From: an uncultured Gammaproteobacteria bacterium
Lineage (GTDB): Bacteria; Pseudomonadota; Gammaproteobacteria; DSM-16500
Length of the DNA stretch: 64,000 nucleotides
Assembly (NCBI GenBank): GCA_963710715.1
Contig: CAVQBL010000015.1
Coordinates: forward strand, 157,603 to 221,602
Reading direction: 5' to 3'
A program made the translations under genes and the position numbers. Shown piece after piece: positions 57,184 to 64,000 of this stretch (the stretch's first letter is position 1; the number at the start of each line of letters is the position of its first letter). The notes below the pieces were generated by a model, which was not told where the DNA came from, ran no database searches, and saw only the letters and a program-made list of their open reading frames with translations.

Positions 57184-60100
57184 TTAATTAACACCTATGG
57201 TAATATTTCCCGCCACACTGCGCCCTCGGACACCGGGATCATACATCGCCCCCGCAAAAATCGGCGGTACACTATATTTACCTGCATTAGTCGCTTTGAT
57301 GCGGTAAACAATTTCTTTTGCATCTGGACTGACGCTACCAAAGAAAATCACGCGATCTTCACGGCTATCAACATAATCCAAGTTTTCTGAACTCACAGTA
57401 TCACGCACGACTTCAAAACCACCGGGTAAAAGATCAACAATAGCGACATTACTCAAATAGCGATTATTCAATGCACGCACTTGAATATGCACTTCTACTT
57501 CTTCACCTAAATTCACTTTATCAACGACATCGCCATGCGCATCACGATATTCACGATAAATTTCTATGCCGCGTTTAATAGCATCGCTGGGAAGATTTTT
57601 ATCAAATCCCGCTTGCATGAGTTGATAAAAATAAATTTGTTTGTTGGGATTATTAAAATTAATTGCTTTTGCTTGATTATCAATATTAACCAACTGATAA
57701 ACCTCATTCGATGCAGTTAATATTTGTTGTCTGCCATCTTTGAGTGTTTCGCTAATTGATAAATTTATTCCACTCGGCATTTGATACGCTTGTCCATATG
57801 CTGCGAGTGCCAAACTTGCATAACTGGACAATACTGTATTAATTTCATCAATATTCAGTGATGTTATCAATGGCGTCAATACACTTTCACCTACCTTAGG
57901 TAAACGATCGGGGAAATGTCTAGCAATTAAATAAAGATATTGCGCATTCGCAATTGCACCGCTATTAAAATCGGTTGTCACATCTTGCTTTGTTTGCGGT
58001 TTAAAATAATCAATAAATCGTTCCGCATCGGGATAACTTTTTAATAATTGATACGTCGCTGCGATGTAAGCACTGATAATATCTTTCTGCCATGCATGCG
58101 TGGTATCTTTTTCTAAATACAGTAACAAATCGGTTAAATAATTACTGGTCACAAATTCATTGCGTGTCAAAACATAAATTGCATAAGCACGCACACGCGC
58201 TTGATCCAAGTTTGAAACGTTTTGCGCAGCTAATTCTTTCAGATAATTCAAACCTGCACGCAACATGTCACTTGGAACATCAAATCCTTGCGCTCTTGCT
58301 TCCGTTAAAAAATGCATAGCATACACAGAAGCAAAAGCATTGCTTGCATTATTTCCTACATCCGGCCAATAACTAAAAGCGCCGCTGGTCATTTGTCGCT
58401 GTGCTAATTTTTGAACCGTCGCTTTCACTTTATCACTGATGGCACGCGGATCTTTGACTAACCACGGTTGATTAGCCAATGCTAATAATGGAAACGCCCT
58501 ACTCGTCACTTGCTCCGTGCAACCAAATGGAAAATTGTCTAAATAACGTTGTAACCCGGCGACAAGAATTAAAGGGCTTGCAGAAATAGCTGCTTCTACT
58601 GTTCGATATTCAGGATAGAGTTCACGATCAAGAGATAAGGGTTTATTAGCAGCTTGTGAACTACCGCTATTCACAGTAGTCGTATACGCACTTGCAGGAC
58701 GCACGCTTAATGTTGATTTCATTTTACTGGATTTATCAACGTGATTTGCAGTCAGTGTTAATTCCGCGGATCCCAATAATGATTTCGCTTTCAATTTGAA
58801 GCGTACCGTCTTTTCTTGTCCTTCTTTAATGGTTAACGTTTGATGAGCTGAATCTAATACTTCAAGCTCGGACGAAGTATCAAGTTGCACTGAAACTAAA
58901 GCATTGTCACCTGAACCTTGAACATTATTAGCAATGCTTGCGGTGATTTCAAATGTATCGCCTGGAGCCACAAACGTGGGAACATTTGGGCTAATAACAA
59001 AAGGTCCACGCACTTCTGAGGTTTTGCTCGCTGCACCTACTGCATTTGCGGCAGCAGCTACCGCCATGACACGTATCGAACCATTAAAATAATCTGGGAT
59101 TGGATACGTTAATTGTCGTGGAGTAGTATCCGTATCGACAATTCCAGACCAATATACTACGGGTAAATCTGTCTTGCGCTTAAATGGGTTGAGATTTTTC
59201 AGTAATGCATCTGTTCCTTGATCACCACCTACTGCAGATAATTCACGATCTTGGATAAATTTCGGCAAAATCTGATCTACGATTTGTTGCGTTGTGACTT
59301 CTAACGCATGTTTCTGGAAAAAATATCCTAATGGATCAGGAGTGTCGTGATGAGTCACTTGGAGTATGCCTTCATCAACTGCAAAAACAATAATTTTACC
59401 GGGCTTATCACTTTTATAACTCATAGTGAGAGTATCGCCCGGCTGTACTAATGCGGGCGCGGTTAGATCAATATTAATTTTGTGCTCACTGTAACTCACA
59501 CTAAATGGCACAATGCTGTAACTTAAGGGGTTAATAAAAATTTCAGGTGAATTCCAATCACGTATAAATGCAACATTGACATAACCATTGCCTTGGAAAT
59601 CTTTTGGAATACGGATTTTTTGTACTGAACTTGTCGTGCTCGCTTTAAACCATTGCACAACATAAACTTTATCGCGTTCAATCGTAATTAATCCACTACC
59701 CGTATACGGTGCAGTAATTTGTAATTCGATATCATCACCGGCAGTGTATTCTATTTCATTTAATTTAATCGTGAGTTCTGCATTTTTTGGCAATGGAACT
59801 TGACTTGTGCCGACTACACTATATTTTACTCGGCTTACTTCTGCATTATTTTGATCTAAAATCACCACAGCAAAATCACCAATTTGCTGTGTGGGCAATG
59901 CATAATTCATACCTGACTCGTTAAGAATGAGCGGATGGGTATTCACTACGTTGGTTTGTATAAGTGATTGGTATTGATAAGTGCCATCGGGCTTTTTCAC
60001 TAATGTTGTTACGGGATGTAAAGCCAATAACTGCATTTTTAAATTCGCAAGTGCTTGTGGTTTTAACTGCGGATTAATTGCAATAAAATTCACATTACGC

Positions 60101-62904
60101 TGACTATTTTGTTTTATAAAATTTAAATCCCCATCGGGTTTATAACCAATAAAATAAGGTAATGAGCTGACTAATGCTTTGGTTTGTGTCACAACACTAC
60201 GACCGCCTTCTGCTTCAAACCCTTCAGCAAAAAAAGTGAGTTGGTAAGTCGATTTATCAAAACGATCTAATTTCAAATTGACTTCTGCTTGGCCTTGATC
60301 GTTGGTGCGCGTATCCGGCAAGGTGTCAGTAAATATTTTTGGAGGTTTTTTAGGATCCAACAAAGGGTCGACAAAAGTGTAATTGGGATATTCTTTAAAT
60401 TGAACTGACTGCGGTGTTAAAAGAATTTTTGAACTGATTTTACGATCCGTTGCGGGAGCACCGTATAAATTCCACAACCCTACTTTAGCTGTTAAATCAG
60501 TAGGTGAAATCCAGCCCGACGTTTGCTCGCGAGAGAGATGCGCTGTAATACGCAGGCGATCAGGTAAAAATTCCGCGACTTGCAATGTAATGGAACCTAA
60601 AACATTATTGGCATGATTATCTTTAACCGTGTAAAGAGAAACGGCATATTGCCCTGTGGGCGAATTGGGGTCCGTTGGAAAATCGAAACTGAAATAGCCT
60701 GTCGCATCCAAGGTAAACTTTTTAGCTAGTGCTGTCGCACCGCGCGAGTCCATAATAGTTGCTTCAACAGGTAATCCGGCAGCTTGTGAGCGTGCAAACG
60801 CTTGCTTCACAATCATGCCCACATGCACTGTGTCACCTGGTCGATAAATGCCTCTATCCGAAAATAAATATGCAGTTAAATTTTGCGAATCTTGATTGTT
60901 ATTATTGGTGTTATTGTTGTATAGGCCACCAACATCAAAACGCGAATAATTCAATTGTCTATCTGTATTATTATAAGGAATAAAAGAAACATCATTACCT
61001 AAACGCGCAAGATAAACAGTCGGTTCGCGCGCATCGGTATAATCATCACGGAGCGTCGGAAAACTGACATGGCCTTGTGCATCCGTAGTATGCGTCAACA
61101 ACGGCAAACCATTTTTTCCTAAAATAGCAACGCTAGCATTCGCAATGGGTTTACCTTGTGTGATAGATTGCACAAAGAGGTCTTGCGTACCATCACTATT
61201 ATTTTTTACGAGCAAGCCAAGATCCGTAATCAAAATTAAACGGCTGGATTTTACATCTAAAGCCGTGTTTTTATCAGCATCCCAACCTTGTGCTCTTAAT
61301 AAAAATAAACCTCGCGGTCCTCCATTCATATTAGTTTTAGTAGCAAGATACTTACCTAAATCTAAAGCTGTGTATTGTTCTTTTGCTAAATCAGTTGCAG
61401 CAAATTTTTTAATTTCGGAAAAAATTTCACTGATGTTATTTTCATTAAAAGTCTGATTGACAAAACTAGGATGACCAAAATTACCATCGGTTTGTGTAAC
61501 CAGTTGATTAACGTCATCTGGTAAAACACGCGCAAAATCAAATTTGACTGCGGGCAATCCTCGCACCACAACAGAAAGTTTTTTCTCTCCCGTAAAAGCC
61601 AGCAATGATCCTTTGTGTAAAAACCCAATTTCTTTGGGATAATCAGGTGTTTTAATGACAGCAACATAATCTTGCGCTAACGTAAAACGTCCAAAACCTT
61701 GCACACCTTTATCCAATTTAAGATAAATAAAACGCGGTGTTTGCGTTTTAAATTTATAACTGTGTAATGTTGCATAATCACGCTCAGCAGGTAGGGTGGT
61801 TAAATCCAATGGTGTAGACAATGCTAATATATTCGGCGTCACTTCACCTGGGTTTTGCCATTGATAATTCTTTTTTTCTGCTTCTACAGAAGTCGCCGGA
61901 TAATCTTGCGGTAATAAATAAACATGCAATGCGGGTTTAAGCGCTGCTGCTGTAACACCTAAGCTTGTTTCTAAAGTAAGAATTTGTTCGGGCCGGTCTG
62001 CATCATTACGTACAATGGTGGCAGCAGCATTGCTCACTTTAAAATAATGACTAATATCTGGAATCAGTACATTTTGAGTAACAGCCTCCGTAGTCGCGGC
62101 AGATCCGGAAGCTGACTTGACACCTTTATCCACGGTTAATGCTAAATAACGCTCAAGATTTGCAAGTGGTAAGCTTTCAGAATGCAAATATCCTATACGT
62201 TTATTTTCATCATACGTCATGGTAAATTTAAAACGCTCTGCACCTCGATCCAATTTAGCATTTTTAATTTCTTGCAAAATTAATGTCGTATTGTTTTCTA
62301 AGCTCGCCGTATTCACTTGGTAATTAAAATGCAGCGTAGCAACTGCTTGTCTTAAGTCAGCATTTTCAGGGTCTTGGTAAAACTTAAATTCAGCGATGCT
62401 AATTTTAAAAGGCTGCGTTGCAAAAGAATAATTTAAACTCTCTATGTTGACGTTAGGCGCAAAAACATTTTTGGCAAAATGAATATTGTATGTTTGGCCT
62501 GCTGGCCAATCTTGCTTAGGTGTAAACACCAAGCGATTGTCCGTTTCCCAAAGCCAGGTACCTGGCATGTTGGGGTCCAGAGTAATACCCGAAGTCACTT
62601 CTTTATTAATTTGTTTTAAGGGTGCAACGGATTTGCTGTAATCAATAATTAATTGATGTGGAACTAATTCTTTAGCGTTGGGAGTAATAGCTGGGGCAAT
62701 AATATGCGCTGTGACCGACGCTTGCCGTGGGCGATTTTGGTCCCATTGATAGCCATAGACAATAATTCCGAGTAAAACCAGAAAGCCAATGATCATGCTC
62801 CAGAATAAAGCCGGATTTGTAGCAGCTCGGTTTCGTATATTATTTAGCCAAACTGGGCGCTGCCAAGAGAATTGGCCGAAGAGTGATGAGAAAAATTGTT
62901 TCAT
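57184..62904 (-). CDS. yfhM: Alpha-2-macroglobulin family protein (YfhM-like) with thioester motif
   Basis: Start moved to MKQFFSSLF... (GAGG SD 6 nt upstream); the extra 41 codons in the track lie in a repeat. N-terminal TM anchor, thioester FGCTEQ, very large beta-rich body. Confidence 0.85.
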   Translation of the reverse strand: MKQFFSSLFGQFSWQRPVWLNNIRNRAATNPALFWSMIIGFLVLLGIIVYGYQWDQNRPRQASVTAHIIAPAITPNAKELVPHQLIIDYSKSVAPLKQINKEVTSGITLDPNMPGTWLWETDNRLVFTPKQDWPAGQTYNIHFAKNVFAPNVNIESLNYSFATQPFKISIAEFKFYQDPENADLRQAVATLHFNYQVNTASLENNTTLILQEIKNAKLDRGAERFKFTMTYDENKRIGYLHSESLPLANLERYLALTVDKGVKSASGSAATTEAVTQNVLIPDISHYFKVSNAAATIVRNDADRPEQILTLETSLGVTAAALKPALHVYLLPQDYPATSVEAEKKNYQWQNPGEVTPNILALSTPLDLTTLPAERDYATLHSYKFKTQTPRFIYLKLDKGVQGFGRFTLAQDYVAVIKTPDYPKEIGFLHKGSLLAFTGEKKLSVVVRGLPAVKFDFARVLPDDVNQLVTQTDGNFGHPSFVNQTFNENNISEIFSEIKKFAATDLAKEQYTALDLGKYLATKTNMNGGPRGLFLLRAQGWDADKNTALDVKSSRLILITDLGLLVKNNSDGTQDLFVQSITQGKPIANASVAILGKNGLPLLTHTTDAQGHVSFPTLRDDYTDAREPTVYLARLGNDVSFIPYNNTDRQLNYSRFDVGGLYNNNTNNNNQDSQNLTAYLFSDRGIYRPGDTVHVGMIVKQAFARSQAAGLPVEATIMDSRGATALAKKFTLDATGYFSFDFPTDPNSPTGQYAVSLYTVKDNHANNVLGSITLQVAEFLPDRLRITAHLSREQTSGWISPTDLTAKVGLWNLYGAPATDRKISSKILLTPQSVQFKEYPNYTFVDPLLDPKKPPKIFTDTLPDTRTNDQGQAEVNLKLDRFDKSTYQLTFFAEGFEAEGGRSVVTQTKALVSSLPYFIGYKPDGDLNFIKQNSQRNVNFIAINPQLKPQALANLKMQLLALHPVTTLVKKPDGTYQYQSLIQTNVVNTHPLILNESGMNYALPTQQIGDFAVVILDQNNAEVSRVKYSVVGTSQVPLPKNAELTIKLNEIEYTAGDDIELQITAPYTGSGLITIERDKVYVVQWFKASTTSSVQKIRIPKDFQGNGYVNVAFIRDWNSPEIFINPLSYSIVPFSVSYSEHKINIDLTAPALVQPGDTLTMSYKSDKPGKIIVFAVDEGILQVTHHDTPDPLGYFFQKHALEVTTQQIVDQILPKFIQDRELSAVGGDQGTDALLKNLNPFKRKTDLPVVYWSGIVDTDTTPRQLTYPIPDYFNGSIRVMAVAAAANAVGAASKTSEVRGPFVISPNVPTFVAPGDTFEITASIANNVQGSGDNALVSVQLDTSSELEVLDSAHQTLTIKEGQEKTVRFKLKAKSLLGSAELTLTANHVDKSSKMKSTLSVRPASAYTTTVNSGSSQAANKPLSLDRELYPEYRTVEAAISASPLILVAGLQRYLDNFPFGCTEQVTSRAFPLLALANQPWLVKDPRAISDKVKATVQKLAQRQMTSGAFSYWPDVGNNASNAFASVYAMHFLTEARAQGFDVPSDMLRAGLNYLKELAAQNVSNLDQARVRAYAIYVLTRNEFVTSNYLTDLLLYLEKDTTHAWQKDIISAYIAATYQLLKSYPDAERFIDYFKPQTKQDVTTDFNSGAIANAQYLYLIARHFPDRLPKVGESVLTPLITSLNIDEINTVLSSYASLALAAYGQAYQMPSGINLSISETLKDGRQQILTASNEVYQLVNIDNQAKAINFNNPNKQIYFYQLMQAGFDKNLPSDAIKRGIEIYREYRDAHGDVVDKVNLGEEVEVHIQVRALNNRYLSNVAIVDLLPGGFEVVRDTVSSENLDYVDSREDRVIFFGSVSPDAKEIVYRIKATNAGKYSVPPIFAGAMYDPGVRGRSVAGNITIGVN

Positions 62905-62952
62905 TGATTGCCTCATTGTCAGCAAAGAGTAATTTTCCCCGCCTCTTTGAAG

Positions 62953-63285
62953 GTAACTATTCACGCCGTCATTGCGGGGAGCGCCTTTTGCGACGAAGCA
63001 ATCCAGTACCCTACAACTTATCACCATTCTGGATTGCCACGCCTCACATAAAGCTAAAGCGTGAGGCTCGCAATGACCGGGCTCAATCTAGCATACCCCG
63101 AGTTTTACTTCTTGTCAGCGTATGGGTACACTATTTTTTATGCCGTCATTGCGAGGAGCGAGCTCTTCGCGACGAAGCAATCCAGTACTGCCTACAAACT
63201 CCATCTGGATTGCCACGCCTCACATAAAGCAAAGGCGTGAGGCTCGCAATGACGAGTTCTTTTTGTAAGAATCGTGAATAGTTAC
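62953..63285. repeat. Family A composite: two full palindromic units inside one outer TIR pair
   Basis: gtaactattcacg-[ccgtcattgcgg...ctcgcaatgac]-66 nt-[ccgtcattgcgag...ctcgcaatgac]-gagttctttttgtaagaat-cgtgaatagttac. Confidence 0.8.
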
Positions 63286-63311
63286 GCATTCACTTAATAC
63301 TAAGGAAAAAT

Positions 63312-63653
63312 ATGCCATCAGATCTAAAACGACATCGAGAAGACAAAAACACAATACAGCAACCTCCAATGAAGCGTTGTAAAAGTGAAGGAGCACTAGA
63401 TCTATCCATACCAGCGCTACACCGACAACACGCTAAAGTACCACCAGCGAAATATTTTTGCTCAAAAACACTAAAGACAGTTTCTGTATCCATTAGAAGA
63501 ACGGAGAAAGGGATACCAGTTCACAAATCAAATATCACTCTACTAAAGCAATGCGGATTGTTCCACTACCCCAATCCCCGCTATCCACTTAGAAAATGTT
63601 CATCTACTCCATTCTTAACAATGCCTCTGACTACAAATCCTAAACCCAAATAA
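63312..63653 (+). CDS. Hypothetical basic protein directly abutting pbpC
   Basis: 113 aa. AAGGA SD 5 nt upstream. KRHREDK / PPMKRCK basic clusters. Stop TAA is immediately followed by the pbpC ATG. Confidence 0.4.
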   Translation: MPSDLKRHREDKNTIQQPPMKRCKSEGALDLSIPALHRQHAKVPPAKYFCSKTLKTVSVSIRRTEKGIPVHKSNITLLKQCGLFHYPNPRYPLRKCSSTPFLTMPLTTNPKPK

Positions 63654-64000
63654 ATGAAGAAATACCTCAAATGGCTCATAGGCTTCTTATTTCTCACGAG
63701 CCTATTAGCCATATTATTTTTTTATTCGGCTCCTATTTTACTGTCAGATACCAGCTTTTCTCGCGCTGTATATGATGAAAACCATCGCTTATTGCGTCTC
63801 ACGCTCAGTCAAGATGACAAATACCGCTTATTTACTCCTTTATCGCAAATTTCTCCACAAATTATTGCCACAACATTACTGCAAGAAGATCAATATTTTT
63901 ATTGGCATGTGGGTGTCAATCCACTTTCTCTATGCAAAGCCGTTTGGCAAACTTTTTTTGTTAAATCGCGTCGCATAGGTGCTTCCACTATTACGATGCA
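63654..64000 (+). CDS. pbpC: Penicillin-binding protein 1C-like peptidoglycan glycosyltransferase, N-terminal part (continues beyond window)
   Basis: MKKYLKWLIGFLFLTSLLAILFF (TM) ...LLQEDQYFYWHVGVNPLSL...RRIGASTITMQ, i.e. GT51 motifs ED..F..H.G.. and GxSTITMQ. Adjacent to the A2M gene. Confidence 0.75.
   Translation, partial: MKKYLKWLIGFLFLTSLLAILFFYSAPILLSDTSFSRAVYDENHRLLRLTLSQDDKYRLFTPLSQISPQIIATTLLQEDQYFYWHVGVNPLSLCKAVWQTFFVKSRRIGASTITM

Noticed and set aside
62883-63227. 114-aa ORF (and the 61-aa ORF at 56952-57137) inside family-A repeats
   Set aside because: The reading frames are just translations of palindromic repeat modules (RHCGERLLRRSNP / RHCEERALRDEAIQ), with no SD. The same applies to the first 41 codons of the A2M ORF in the track.
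62953-63285. Possible CRISPR array (repeated about 35-bp palindromic units)
   Set aside because: Only two units. The repeats are long nested palindromes with inverted rather than direct organisation, spacing is irregular, and there are no cas genes. They belong to the dispersed family-A elements.

Overview
AT-rich gamma-proteobacterial chromosome segment. Protein sequences and gene order look Legionellales-like (Legionella/Coxiella relatives); this is inference only. The conserved backbone comprises recJ; ffh / rpsP-rimM-trmD-rplS; xseA <> guaB-guaA-tadA; dapA; ndk-rlmN-rodZ-hisS-yfgM-bamB-der; ribD-ribE-ribBA-ribH; and an A2M/pbpC pair. It is interrupted by: (i) a small tRNA-Arg islet with integrase debris and a U-box/ankyrin eukaryote-like effector gene split at an A7 tract. 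(ii) A ~9-kb tRNA-Ser-linked accessory region full of decayed defence/mobile genes (AbiE, AbiL-like ATPase + RloB, KilA-N, RhuM-like and metallophosphoesterase fragments). It also holds intact oddities: an avidin-fold protein lacking the biotin-binding Trp set, and a cNMP-binding domain fused to a SAM methyltransferase. (iii) A stand-alone A-T-C NRPS. (iv) A tandem pair of GGA-rich Rsm/Csr-type sRNA candidates. (v) At least three families of palindromic MITE/REP-like repeats, one of which has TA target duplications and repeatedly sits exactly on stop codons. guaB carries three separate 1-nt insertions while guaA is intact. An mtaD-like deaminase and several island genes are also frameshifted, consistent with ongoing reductive evolution of a host-associated organism. 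No rRNA, CRISPR array or intact transposase was seen. All family assignments come from motif recognition by eye, not database searches.
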